A DNA stretch of 64,000 bases from Raillietiella orientalis. Lineage: Eukaryota. Below are positions 13,828 to 27,114 of the stretch, one piece after another; the first letter of the stretch is position 1, and each line of letters opens with the position of its first letter. The DNA lies in NCBI GenBank assembly GCA_036172245.1, contig JAYWIR010000093.1, positions 1-64,000 on the forward strand, read 5' to 3'. Below the pieces are notes generated by a model. The model was given only the letters and a program-made list of their open reading frames with translations, did not search any database and was not told the DNA's origin. The position numbers were made by a program, and so were the translations under genes.

Positions 13828-14610
13828 CAGGAACCGTACCTAGGTGCAAGCTTACTGTGCTTCGGTGGTCGATCAGGCAGCGAAGCCTGACACGACCACC
13901 AGTCAGTGCCAGGGGAAGGCGGCAACGTCGCCTCCTGAGAAGATGGGGTACCAGGGGACGGCAGCAACGTCGCCCTCAGTGGAGGTGGAGGAGGGTACGT
14001 CCGCCTTCCCAGAATCGGTCACCGCTGCAGCGCGGGCGTAAAGCGCCGTCGTTTCGGCGCCATCGCTTGCAGCCGCGGCGGAATTGTCTGCCTATGTGAA
14101 GGAGGGCAACAACCCCTCACTGTTCTACAAGGTAGGCAATCTATATTATTCTGAGAGTGCGCGCCAATTCTCTAAAGGCATGCGCGTTCTCAACGTACAG
14201 GAGGAGAAGTTTTTCGCTATGACCATCCGTAGCGGGGGGCAGTACGGTGGAATGATCTACAAACAGGCAGATGTGGCCCAGCGTCTGCTCAAAAATTCCG
14301 TGGTGATGGGGACACGCAGGCTCCTTCTCATTACGGTGGAGCTGTTAGGAGTTACCGCGAGGATGAGGAAAGAGCAGGTACGCGCCGCGATGGAAGAACA
14401 AGGGACGGTCCATTCAGTGTGGACCAAGCCACGTCCTTCTGAGAACTATACTAGGCTTCAATGCGGCCTCATCGCTACAATCGTAACCGTCCGCGAGGTC
14501 TATTCCATTCCCCACAAACTGGTGGTTGGCGGCAAAAACGTCGACCTCGGGTATGTGGGGAATCCCAAATACTGTGGCTTCTGCAACACATCGGGCCAAC
14601 TCAAAAGGAA
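13828..14610 (+). mobile_element. Family A 5' fragment (ORF1 N-half)
   Basis: ORF 14084-14755 SAYVKEGNNPSLFYKVGNLY..PKYCGFCNTSG; AUG-region hairpin homolog at about 13864-13900. Confidence 0.88.
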
Positions 14611-16148
14611 AGCAGATTTAGGAGACCGAGACCGCCATCACAACGCAGAGTACTCAAGACCTTCAACAGAACTCAGGGTCTTACTTTACCTCAAAGGGCA
14701 ATTCTCAGAAGATCCTTCGTCCGTTTCTCCAACTCCCGAAGGACGGGACGATTAAAAAGCAGGAAACGGAGGATGAGAACTGCGAACGCATTCCACAACT
14801 CAGCCCGTTTTAAAAGGAGAAACTTGTCTTCCAGTAACAAGCCGATCGCCGTTTCAACTTTTTGGAGGCAGGCGGACCACGCTTGCGAAGGGAAATAGTC
14901 CCCCAACGGCACACCAAGGTACTTGAGGTACATCGCCTTGGGAATACCCAAACGGACCCAGTCCTGTTGCCCTGCGCGCGACGCAGCAACTGGTTCCACC
15001 GACGAATTCGCCCTATTCAAATGCAGTTCGGTCCCGGGGCTAAGCAGGTCGAAGAACCCCTCGAGAGCCGAAAAGGGGTGGACATAGGGAGCAGCAGCAG
15101 CAGGTCGTCCGCGTATGCCGATACCGCAAGCGTACCACGACAATCGCGTGGCAGGAGCGACAGAGTCTCCCTGTACGATCTCAGCACCAATTCGAAATAG
15201 GAGCTGAAGAGTAAGGGTCTCAGGCTCTTCCTGCCGTATACCGCGTCGCATTGGTACACCGTGCACGGTATGCCCGCTGGAAAAGACGTTAATGAGCGCA
15301 TCTCGCCAGCTGGAGCAAAGGTAGGCCAACAAGGAATCCGGGAAGCCCAAGTGTTCCAGAAGCTCCAGCAGGAGATTCTGGTCGACGGTGTCGAATGCTT
15401 TACGCAAGTGGACAGCGATTACAAAGGCTCCATCCCCCACCCTACCATACCGACTGCCACCGACGAACGCAACGGAATTTCGGTTGCTCAATAGGCCCCT
15501 TGCTTGTTGGATATCTAACCATGTGGAAGCGTGGAACAGGTTCGCGTCCATGCTTCGCCCGGGAACAGCATATGTCTGCTCCGGGCTGATGAAGGCGTTG
15601 ACAACCCGACCGAGCCGCTCTGCTCAAACCTTGGATAGCAACTTGGCGTCCGCATTCACAATTGTGATGGAATGCCAGTTGTTCGTGCACCTCAGGTCTC
15701 CTCCATTAGGCAGGAGCCGCACCTTTGCGGAACGAAAAGAGGCAGGAACGTCACCTGTCTCGCGAATCAGCAAAGTGAGCTGATGTACTGGAGAAGTCAG
15801 CTATGCCGCGAAAGTTTGATGAAACTTCGCGGGAAGGCCGTCCTCCCCTGGAGCCTTGAGCTTTTTGGGCTTTCGGATGGCCGCGATGATTTGGTCCATC
15901 GTGAAAGGCTCGTCAAGGCTCCTTTTCTCCTCCTCCCTGATCGCTGAAGCACCTTCCGGAAGCAAAAGTCGTGTGACATCCTGCTCCGGAGGCGCCCTGG
16001 GGTACAAGGGGTAGTAAAATTTTTTTACAATCCTGCGCTTCTGAAGAGGAACCCAGTGTTCTCGGCCCTGGACGTCCAGCAAGCTGGACGATATGGATTG
16101 ATAGGCTTGCCTCTCGGCTCCCGCTCGATACTCCGCTAACCTGCGCAA
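14611..16148 (-). mobile_element. Family A-like ORF2 RT fragment (pseudogenised)
   Basis: KAPGEDGLP (ORF 15801-16148), LRKAFDTVDQ and RRGIRQ (ORF 14691-15551), SAYADDLLL (ORF 15017-15301), KYLGVP; frameshifted. Confidence 0.92.
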
Positions 16149-16149
16149 G

Positions 16150-16611
16150 AATTTGAATTCGCACTCTGTGCAGCAAGATAAAATCCAAAGAGTACTATAA
16201 AAAACTTTCTAGAGGAACTCAAAAGGAAAACAAAAATAAATAATATGGAAATCAATAAAGATGGACTTGAAATCAGGATCACCGACATCGGCTTTTCTTA
16301 ACGTTAAACCGTAGCATGATGCCTAGGATTTCCTCCTTCGACACTCTCTCTTGAAAAGGCATTCGAGCAATCAAGGACTATAAGTTTTCCGGCAGCGGAG
16401 CAGGAATACTCGTAAATCGTCTGTAGGCAACTGCCAGTTTTTGTCCTAAGTAAGACATCACTGCGGTTAGAGCTTGAATGCCGGCATCGAAAACTTTGCT
16501 GGGTTCCCCATCAGAACATTCAGCGGCTGTAGCTGCTGATTCCGAAAGGAATAAAGATGTTCAAGGCTGATTCTGCAAAATGCGTCTCAGGAATCAACAG
16601 CCTGTTGCCGT
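16150..16611 (+). repeat. About 460-bp direct duplication, copy 1 (copy 2 at 18592-19053)
   Basis: aatttgaattcgcactctgtgcagcaagataaa..aggaatcaacagcctgttgccgt is present twice with scattered substitutions. Confidence 0.9.
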
Positions 16612-16769
16612 CAAACAGATATCGTGCCTACTTGCACCTGTCAGTTCTCCCGAACCTTTCCGCTACGAAAAGTCCATTACTGGATCCGCCGCTACAGATA
16701 GTGATCGTCAAGGGTTCGAATCCGTTATTGCAACGCGCAGAGTAAATGCCCTTCAGAAAGTCTTAGAAT

Positions 16770-18340
16770 CTTTCTGTGCACTACACTGTCCTTCTCAGTA
16801 AATTTTTCTTTTCATACTGCACAGAAAGGTGCAAAAAAATACAAGTAAAGGATTACGAGGACATGGAACGTGTTTTAAACCGCAGCTTGTTCCGGAAAGG
16901 CGTATTCGTGCAAGGAGCCGATTGCCTACTGTGTCTCCTAGTGACAGCTGGGTCATACCTTAGCCGAAGGATAGTCTTCACACAATACAGCTTCTAGCTG
17001 TTCCATCTACGCGTATTCAACTGCCTCCGTAAACTAGGGCGAGACACGGCAGATGTGTATCCGCACACTTTCCGCAGGAAGGATAAAGTCTCCCAGTAAG
17101 CTCTCATCTTTAGTTCGAAGTATGGGTAGATTAGAAAGGGTCGTAAGCTGTTTCCTTGCCGTATCCCGCGGCGCACAGGTGCGTCACGCACGGTTTGCTT
17201 GCTGAAAAAGCAGTTGATACGCGCTACGCGGCAGTCTATAATGAAGCCGCAAAACAGAAGTGTTTTGCGATCTTCCGAAGAATCTGGTGAATACAGGAAA
17301 ATGCCTTGTGCAAGTCAACTAACACAGCAAAGGCTTTAATTATCTCGGAACCATAGCGTTTCTGGCAATGAACTCTTCGAAATTACGGTTCCTCACCTAC
17401 TTTCCCCTTGTAGAAGAACTTAGTGCCTTAATAAGATAGGTTGCGGTACATACTTAGCCCGCAAAGTAGATTCGTCGCGAAGAAGCTGATTATGGATTTC
17501 ACGAACCGTTCCTATGGATCCGTTCACAGCTTTGTCAGCTTAGGTGTTCCTTAAAATACAGTGGTGAAATGCAAGTTGATAAGGTATTCTAGTTCTCCAT
17601 CCTTCCAAAGGCAACACACCTGCGCTTGCCGAAACGAGGTGGAAAATCAGGAAACTCAACTAAGCCGGGAAGCATCGTGGAACTCCGTGGTTGGGTCGCA
17701 CTACGCCGGCGTTTCCTCTACTTGAGCCCTGGATTGTGGTAGTAATTTTATCCATCCTAAAAGGATCGTCAAGCTGTGCACTCTTTTTATCCGTTATCGC
17801 TAGGATGCATTCCAAAAGAGAAGAATTATAAGCGCATCTTTCCACATATGCTCCAGAGCACAAAGAGCAACATGACTTTCGCTCTGTTTTTGTACTGCGC
17901 TAATTGTTGGATGCTGTGTGTACTAGTGGAACACCAGATGCTGAATTATGATTGTTCTTTGAGGACACGCTTGCTGCATACTCATGAGAGTTGGTTTAAA
18001 GGAAATCACTCGCGCGAAAGTTTCGAAGAGAGACTTTCATATCGTCCCAGTCGTGCATCCCCACTCCAGCACTCTTTAGTTGACCTTTGAGATATTTCGT
18101 CGCTTTTAGCATGTTGTGCAGATGAATGGAAAATGCAACGCCTGCTAGAAGGTTTTTGGTCGCGCGGGCGAATTTCCGGTTGCACCCGACAGGGGCGGGA
18201 GGGCTCAGACCATATCCTTGGCTCCCCACGCGGAAGCGCTCGTCCTCGCTCTGCAAGACGTGGCACACGCTTCCACTCATTTCGACTCTCTGGATAGCAA
18301 TTTTAGTACCTGCATCGCAGCTATCGTAGCAAATAATTCG
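16770..18340 (-). mobile_element. Old, highly degenerate LINE ORF2 relic
   Basis: PVRRGIRQGNSLRPFLIYPYFEL (ORF 16994-17191); LDDPFRMDKI (17660-17863); DWDDMKVSLRNF (17996-18280). Confidence 0.7.
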
Positions 18341-18591
18341 TTAACCGTGATAACCTCTTTGTTCCTCGCAATGCAGAGCAGGTGCACTTAATATGTTTCC
18401 TCACGGTATCGTCGAAGAGTGTATATTGTATGAAAAATAAACATGTTGGGAACGTAAATGCCAACCAGTGACAAAGAAAGTAGAATAAAAACTTGATTGG
18501 CAGTCAGGTAGGAAAAATTACAAGTTTTGGAGGAAGAAAGAAGAGAAGAATAACAAATTGAAAAAGTAAATTTGTTGGAGTAAGGCAAGGA

Positions 18592-19053
18592 AATTTGAAT
18601 TCGCACTCTGTGCAGCAAGATAAATTCGAAAAATTACTATGAAAAACTTTCGGAGCGAATTCAAAAAGAAAAGAAAAATAGATAATATGGAAATCAATAA
18701 AGATGTGCTTGAAATCAGGATCACCGACATCGGCCTTTCTTAACGTTAAACCGTAGCAGGATGCCTAGGATTTCCACCTTCGACACTTTCTCTTGAAAAG
18801 GCATTCGAGCAATCAAGGACTATAAGTTTTCCGGCAGCGGAGCAGGAATACTCGTAAATCGTCTGTAGGCAACTGCCAGTTTTTCTCCTAAGTAAGACAA
18901 CACTGCGGTTAGAGCTTGAACGTTAGCGTCGAAAACTTTGCTGGGTTTTCTATCAGAACATTCATCGGCTGTGGCTGCTGATGCCAAAAGGAATGAAAAT
19001 GTTCAAGGCTGATTCTGCAAAATGCGTCTCAGGAATCAACAGCCTGTTGCCGT
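18592..19053 (+). repeat. About 460-bp direct duplication, copy 2
   Basis: Direct repeat of 16150-16611. Confidence 0.9.
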
Positions 19054-20169
19054 GAATCATTGCAGTTCTTTGAGTGGCACGGGATCCAAGGGTGGACTCG
19101 TACTGCAAGAACGACTTATTTCAAGGGAAGGACGAATTTTTGCAACCAGTATTTGTTGCTCCCAAACATCGAAAGCATTTCTTCGTAAGCGAAGCATCTC
19201 CGCAAGTAGTGCGTGGAGGTGCACACAAAGGAAAAGCCTACGCCTTCGCACAGAATGCCATGATTTGGATCTGCACTTGCAGTACGATTCTTTGTGCATG
19301 AAGATGTCAGAGGCAGCATGCCGCTTCTATGTGAGCAATCATATAGGGCTGAGACTGAAATCGCGCGCTCCCAGAGAGCGTTACTCTGTGGACCAGAAGG
19401 CCACTGTTTCCCTTTCGTCGGAAGATGGACAAAAAAAAACATAGCGTTCACCGATAAAGTGAACGTTTTAAAAATTCAGCTGTTCCATTTTGTTCAAGTT
19501 GCCACGAGTAAACAGGTTCAATGCCGACTCTGTTTTTGAATGCAGTCCGACAGCTCTTCGGCAGAGCTAAAGATACTCCACATAGCGTCGAGGTACTCGA
19601 AGAACCCGCGAGTAAAAATCCCCCGGTAAATCCAGGACCGTTAATACCACGACGCACACAACGTAAAGACCACGCTGTTATGCCTATTGACGCGCACGCC
19701 CTCTCCTCTACGGATCTTCTTGAAGAAATCCTCGAGGCTGGTCGCCGGGATGAATATGAGTAACAGGAAAAGCAGGTTGTTATATAGGCGGTCACGTCCA
19801 TGGTTCTGGTATAGAAACTAGACAGGTTAGCGACAGACTGTACGCTTTCAGATCCAACCAATTAGCATACTAGAGAGCAATGGAGCTAAGCTGCCGCGTC
19901 TTCTAAGGGCCCTACGCAAAAGAATAGTTGACATGTGGCTTCTCATGAAACAGAGGCAGGTTGGCACGTGGCACCACAAGGAGAGCAAACAAACTGAGAC
20001 ATGTGCTGAATAACTGAGGCATTTTACGAGTTGGATGAGAAGCAAATGGTTGACACTCGAAAACGTTGTGTAGATGAAATGAGACTGTCTACGCACCCGA
20101 GATTCTTACTTTCCGCTTTCACTCTCTACTTTTGCCACTATCAAGCTTTCTCCAGTTTGGCGAATTCGA

Positions 20170-20600
20170 ATTCTTAAGTTGTAGAAAGTAGGAACAGAGA
20201 TTAAAAGCAGCAGGGAACCCTGCTGCTTTTCATCGACTGCTATGTCCTCCAAGGACTGTGGCATAGGTTGGTGTCAGTACTTCTGCTTCAGGAGGACACT
20301 TCAAAGACTCTGATGCGCCTCTTTTTTACTAGAGGCGAACTTTCTGTCAGTGCGGTCGTGCCGACTATCTGTTGCATTTGCGCTATCGTCACGGCTCGCC
20401 GCCACCTGGAAATTAGAATGATTTATAGAGAGGTCACCGCAATCAGCGAACTAATCATGTCAACGGCTTCCAGGTGGCATGATCTACCCAAAGAAGTGAG
20501 CACGGAAACCTCTGGCATCCGATGCAGGCTCTGGGAGGAACAGTCGAAACACAACATCCCTGTTGCACAACTGCCCCCATGAAGCTTATTACTCTTTAGA
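20170..20600 (+). mobile_element. Degenerate LINE ORF2 C-terminus (family C-like)
   Basis: FFTRGELSVSAVVPTICCICAIVTARRHL resembles family C FYTRGGLSLGAVVAIICCVRAIVRARHVL. Confidence 0.7.
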
Positions 20601-20882
20601 TTCCCTTAGGATAAGTATGTTTTCCTGTATCAAGCATTATACTGATAATTTACGGAGCAGGTTCACTCAACATTATCCTGCAGCAGTAGACAGTTTCGCT
20701 GGAAAGGTAGAGTAGCATGCTCGAACCCCACAAAAACAGACTGCATCTGCTGGGGCTTATCATGAAATCCTCAATCCTTCTTGTCAAGCATCCCGTAGTA
20801 CCGAAAAGCACTCAGTTTCTCATCTTAGTCAAGTGTTTTTGGGCGCCAGTTTTCGAAGTGGAGCGAGAATTTCAGCCTGTTT

Positions 20883-22130
20883 CTAGCAGATACATGTAAG
20901 CAGGATCGAACGAGAAAGATCATCGCTTGTCTCTCTCATCAGCGACGACACCCTCAGTACTTGAGGGATGAACAGAGACGCGCAGGGCTGAGAAAACTCC
21001 GAAGGTAGTCCATATTTGTTCGGAGCCGACCGTCTCTTGGGGCTTCCCAAGGCAGAAAAGATTTCCACCGCTTTGAGGGGTTTGGCTCGACGCACACATT
21101 CATCCTCGTCAAAAGTAACAGCATCAGCGTGCAGAAGCAGCTCGGAGAGACTGCTTTCGGTCACGGCCTTCACAAACAACAAAAAAAGGTGAAATATTTC
21201 TACACAGAGCACGTCCTCTGGCACCGAGACTTTTCAGAGTTATTCATACAGCGGGCAAGCCGCTGGGGATTACTAAACCTGGCTCTGGAATATCGTATTG
21301 CACTACTCGACGGATGAATGTGAGTGCGTCTAAAGACATTTCGGGCTTGCAAGAATGCAAGCATTAACTCTTTCGATTAGCTGCACTCGTAAGTACCAAA
21401 GCAGGTGGACATTGAATTCGTTCGCACCCGGAATCGCGAATGTGAGACGAAAAATGTTGAGTCGGTGGCTCTGCAGTTTGCGAAAGAATCGATTTCTAGC
21501 GGCGCGCCGTTTGCAGTTACTGAGCGCGCACACTTTGGTTACGACGAGATCAATGCACTAGCACTACTTGCTAACTAGCTAGCCTACTCGCCCATCGTCG
21601 GCAAATCGAACAGCCCGCATCATTTCTGACACTCTGCCTTGCAAGAAGTACGCGATACCGCACGAACGTGCAGTGCTGCATCGAGAAAGTAGTATGCTGC
21701 GGAAGCGCTCTTTGATCTCTTCAATCTTTTTATCGGAGAGATTGAGAATCTACTGTAGAAATCGCAGTGAGAAGGGGCGCGGGGCGATGGCTGCAGCTCA
21801 ATTTTCTCTTCATTTACCAGCTTCAAAATTCTTTAGCCTACTGACGTTTTACTATTCCAGAGACAACAGACGAGAACACGGGAATCCCCGCATTCTTGCT
21901 GTACAAATGGTGGAGTATCTTCCGAGCGGTCTCTCGCCTGTGCACTTCACCCCGAAGCGCATCCACTTGAGCTCAGGGAACGCGCCTCGCAGCTCTACCG
22001 CCTGATACCGCTGCGAAGTGTAAGTTTCCAGGAAGTAATTCGCACTTTTACTGCCACGTGAATTAAGGAGGGTCTTTAGGTCGCTCTGTAGCATCCCTAT
22101 TGGAACCTGTTACCGGAACATCGTTTCCGG
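20883..22130 (-). mobile_element. Degenerate LINE RT relics
   Basis: TESSLSELLL..SAPNKYGLPSEF..SSLMRET (ORF 20883-21224) matches family C ORF 54450-54938; 21330-22130 is only weakly similar. Confidence 0.6.
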
Positions 22131-25100
22131 TGACGGCAACCTGAACGAAGAGCTCAATAATGACACCTGCCAACGAGGTGGCACGAGAATCATCTGAGCG
22201 AGTTTTCTTTTTTTCATCCTAAATTGTCGCTCAGCACTGCGATAGAAACATTACCGTGCAGCATTTATCCAAATATTTCTTTTTTTCCTTCCTTCACAAC
22301 CACACATCTTGCTCCAATTTTGTCGGAAACTTTTGCTTTGCATGACGCGAAGGGTTCTGACATTGCCTTTACGTCCACCTTAGGTCAGTAGTTTGCAGAG
22401 GTCTTCGAATCCTCCAACTACAAATCTTTATTGTATTCTTCTCCATCATGGCAGTATGTAGTCTGCTTTCTTTCTACGGAGTTGCGAAATGTCTGACTGC
22501 CTGCACCTTGATTGTATGTGAATTTTCGTTGTGATTGTGAGCTTTTGCAGCCGAAACAAAAGCTTCCTTCTTGTTGTACGTTGCAGAAGCCACAGAAATG
22601 TGCAGCAGAAAAACAAAAGTTGCTTTTTTGGAAGCGACATCCTCAATTCTATTCAATTCCGAGAATACTGGTGCTCGGTTGTGTTTTCGGCATCACCACG
22701 TATTTTCTCTGCGGGACGTCTTGTGCGACAAAGTCTCGTAGCCTCTGTTATTTTAAAAGTTCGGGACACATTTTCAGCGCTTTCACGTTTTCTGTAATAG
22801 AGGCATTCCACCGAAGGGAATGTAGGGCATTATGGCGACCGATGCTCTATTTGTGCACAAACGCTGTTTGAGCACACTTGCCTTAAGCATGAACGACCGT
22901 GCCGTTCACGTACAGCAGCATCGCTTTTCGTTCCACTGTCTCTCAGACGGGTGCAAGCCCGCAGGGATGGCAACGCTTTCGCCACTTCTGCTGGACGGTG
23001 GAGAAACCGAACATCACTCGCATGATGTACTGGTACGTCATATGCTTTTCAGTACCGAGGACATAAGTGTTCTCTAGTCGGTGTTTAGAAATAGGTCCAA
23101 CAAACGCTGAGCTGAGAGAGCGTCCTGAAGCACCAATAGCGAACACTTTTGGCAATTAATGGACTTGAAGGTTCCAACGGTGTTTTCCCGCATACTTACG
23201 CGCCGCCACTTGCGTAGAGTTGTCCTGTCAGATCGCAGAGAATAAAGGTAGCCAACGTCGTTCTTGAAGTGCGGGCTTGTAGCCATTTGCAACACGTGTA
23301 CGCAACATCAGTGCATCCGGATCCCCTCTGTGCACCTCTTACACATCCATGACGTAGAGACAATACCTTCCACTAATGAGAAAGTTTATCTCCTGGTCAT
23401 ATTAGGGCGTTCATTAAAAGCAAATCACTTGAATACAGAAGTTTTTAACCGACGATTATAGCAAACGAAGATAGGGTCCACTGGCACGTAAGCGGAGACA
23501 ACACAAAGTCATGAAAACAGACGAGGGACTACAGAACAATTAAAATAGACAAACTGGGTGGGAAGGAGTAAACAAATTCAATAATGGTCAGCGTGTATTG
23601 GGATCAATACAAAAAATATCAGGAAAGTTACGGAACGAATAGGGATGGAGTAGCAGAAAAATGATGGAAAAAATTAATGAAAAGAAGGGACAAGGATCAA
23701 CGGATCTGCAATTTGCACTCTTTCATCAACTGGAGGTTGATGTCATTAATTTCTTTTTCGGTTTTCTTTTCCAGCTGTGGCCACCTTTCATTCTCCCTAT
23801 TGTATTCGTCTACCAGCATAATGGCGTCCTGATAACTGTAATAATTGCTCCCGTCGAGCGTTTCGGTGCGAAAAACCACCGCAGTACGTCCCGGTCGGTG
23901 ACATCGTGCACAAATACTGTTGACACGCTGTACGCCGCAGATCACAAGGAACGCTGCAGTAAAGAGCCTGTTGCAGAATTGACTCCGTCGAACCGTACTC
24001 CACAACCTGGACAAAAAACGCACCTTAAACTCGACGACACCTCTCGTTTTACTGGAATCTCCATCGGATGAAGAGCAGGAAAGCCTGAGGTCATACGAGG
24101 GAGAACAAGGAACCTCCTACACAATCGGCAGCGACAACAAGTTGCTATAGGGGAAATCATTGGCCCTACCGTTTTCCGACATCCTCGACGCTTGAAGCCT
24201 ATTGGTTCCATCTACCTAGAGAATGAGAAACTGTTAAGAATGCGCCTTTTTCTCCTTCTGACTTCTCTTTATCACGCTTCAGCACGCAGTACTGTTCTCC
24301 TAACATCAATCTTAAAAAACTAAAGCCTCTGAAATCTTTTTCGGATCTCCAAGACCTGTCTTCTGGCGAATGTGGATTGGGACGTTTTTGAAACATTTAA
24401 AAACAGCGGCTGCTTTCCTGCAGTTGCGGTAAGCTTGGAGGAAATGTACGTGGTAGATCAAAGCTTTGCATTCTTTCCCTCGGATTGTTCCCTGCAATGG
24501 AATGTGGCACGGCAGCTTGAAGAATTCATGGTGATGTTTCAGCGGCCTTGCAACCCGTCGCACGTTGGCATCTTCCTGTCTATCCAAAACGGTGACGGGC
24601 GCGCACGCTCCATCAGCCATTGCAGGTTGCCGTTTCGCTGCCTGACAGACAGCGGTCGATTTACGTGTTGCTGACATCGATCTAAGTGGCGCTGTTCAAC
24701 CTGTCACTACAAGAATTCACCCTTTGATTCAGCTGCGCTGTTAAAAGCGTTACGTTACAGTTTGACGTAGTTACTTTCGTCACTGAAAGCCCCATCCTGC
24801 TGCATTGCGAATGACGAATCTTCCACGGTGGATACATGTTTTCTCTCCTTCACGCTGAACTCTGTGCAGAGCAAACGCTGAATGCAAGAAGAGTTTTGAC
24901 GAAAGGAAAACAAAATCGCTTTGGCGGAAATTGACATGGACGATTGAACTTTCTAGAGGCATACCTTAATACAGCGTGATTCGCGGCCGACTGCTTGGCC
25001 TACATCCCATGGTATTCTGCGGCCTATCCCAAACAGTAGCGTAGGACTGCAGCCGCGGATCACGTATGCCTAAACTGTGCACTCTAGGATGCCCCACTGT

Positions 25101-27114
25101 TCGCTGCTCTAGTGTCCAGAACGTCTGCAAAGCTTTTAGTCGGTAACGCCGAAGTTTAGCAAAGAGCGGTAGACAAGTCCACCATAGGAACGGTAAAAAT
25201 GGATTCCCCGATGGTTTCCTGTATAATAGACGGTTTTGGGAAATACAACGCACAAAAAAAACATTCGGAAAGCAGAAACATGGAGAAACAGAAAATTACT
25301 TGGATGCACGCAATTTGTCCGCTATCAAACGAGCGACACTCGTGCAGCCGGGTTCTGTCGTGGTTAACTGAGATCGTGGAAAAGTGGAATTCTGAAGCGG
25401 TAACACCTTGTTACTTCTAAGCGGACGGCTATCTCTTACAACGAACTCAGAAACTTCAGAAAGAGCTGTCTGACCCGACATTCCTCTTGGAAATGCGCCT
25501 CACGTAAGGCACACTAAGCTGAAGTTCTAAAATACATCACATTTTGCAAGAGTACAGGGTTGTTCCTTGATCCTGCGTCTTTTCCGTGCATATCTCCATG
25601 TTTCTTACTCCTTTCCAGGAGAACTGAATTCTTGGAAACAGAGCAACGTGGAAGGACAGTAAAATTCCTGATACTGACAAATGTTTATGGTCCTAGGGCA
25701 ACCCGTTTAGGTTCCAACAAGCTATGGGCGAGCGGCAGGAAGAGGCAAGGCTGCTTATTACTGGCCGTATGTGTAAGGGGACAACATACGTTACCTCCGC
25801 ATTCCCGAAGGATCGAAATTTCGGATGCTGGCAAGTCGTTCTTTCACTGTGAGCGTTTCAATCTGCAGCATCACTCAACGAGGCGACCCCCTTTTGATGA
25901 GTTGTGGTCGCCGAATTCTATTATCATTATGTTCCCATTCAGCTCTGCTGTTGTGCTGCTCGTGACTTTGGAAGTGGCAAGAAGTTTTTAGCACCAAGGA
26001 ATCCTTCTTGTTGCGCCCTCTTTTCGGTCGCTTGCATCATATCAGAAGTGACGACTAGCGCAGCGGCATCGTTACAGCATTCCGGATTGCTTTTCTAACC
26101 TTGTTGTTCGGTATTGTACGATGTGTATTCTGTAATCCACAAATAGGTGATCAGCGTGTCTTCTTGGCGCGCGGATCTCTACTGTTCTTGATTTTCTCGC
26201 TGCTTCATGCTGCGACGCTCAACTTGCGCCCTTTTGAAAACGCTGGACGATTACACGTAATATTCGCTTCAAGATTGGTACTCGTCTTTCAGAACCTGCA
26301 TTTAAAATTTGTCTGCTATATACCTTATCTCAGAAACCAGATGTGAACGTTGCAATGATCGACATTACATTTCCGAGGGTACACGCGACTCTGCAGGCCT
26401 GCTTCAAAGTACGTCGAAGAACTCCTAAAAATGTTTTTGTCGTGATACGAGAATGTATGATACAGAGAACCTTCAAGGAATCAAGCTGCTTGTCAGATAC
26501 CTGTCATTGCACAAGAAGCGTTTTTCGTTGGAAACTAGCTTGCCATGCCTCAGCTCCAAAATATCTCACAGCAAGAGCTGAAGATTTCTCCACTTCCCAA
26601 GAGGACCTCGTACTTCTTCCCAAATAGCAGCAATCAGAGTTCGTAATATAGAAATTTTCACTACCATGCTTTGCACCGATTCCGGACGAAAAGAAGCCAA
26701 AATTTTACCGCTGCAGCTTCCTAGAGAAAAACATTTGTTTTCATCTAGAAAAAGTGCCAACAAGTAGGCATGATTGGGACGTTTTCCGGAGTCCCACTGT
26801 TCTTCAGTTGATATTCCCTCAAACATCTCATGGCAGCTTCCGGTAAAGAGTGGCAAGTACGCAGTTGCCACCGATGCAGTGCTATGTTGTCGAGTAAATG
26901 CTTCCGCCTCTGCAAACGATGCAGATTGGAAACACTTAAAATAGGGGTCATTGCCTGCGTCGGAAGCCTTGTGGTAAATGCTTCCGCGCGTGGCACCATG
27001 CGTCGCGGGATCGCTTACTCTGGAAGAAACTGTCGCAACTGCGTCGTTGGGTTCAGAGTTTCTCCTGCAATGGCGCTGCTTGGCCGAGACATTCGGGCGT
27101 GAACCGATGGTGGT

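Noticed and set aside
23697..24677. LTR-retrotransposon protease-like (GTIRGKECKALI) and knuckle-like (CARCHRPG) strings
   Set aside because: No D[ST]G, knuckle incomplete, order reversed relative to gag-pol, and no LTRs seen.
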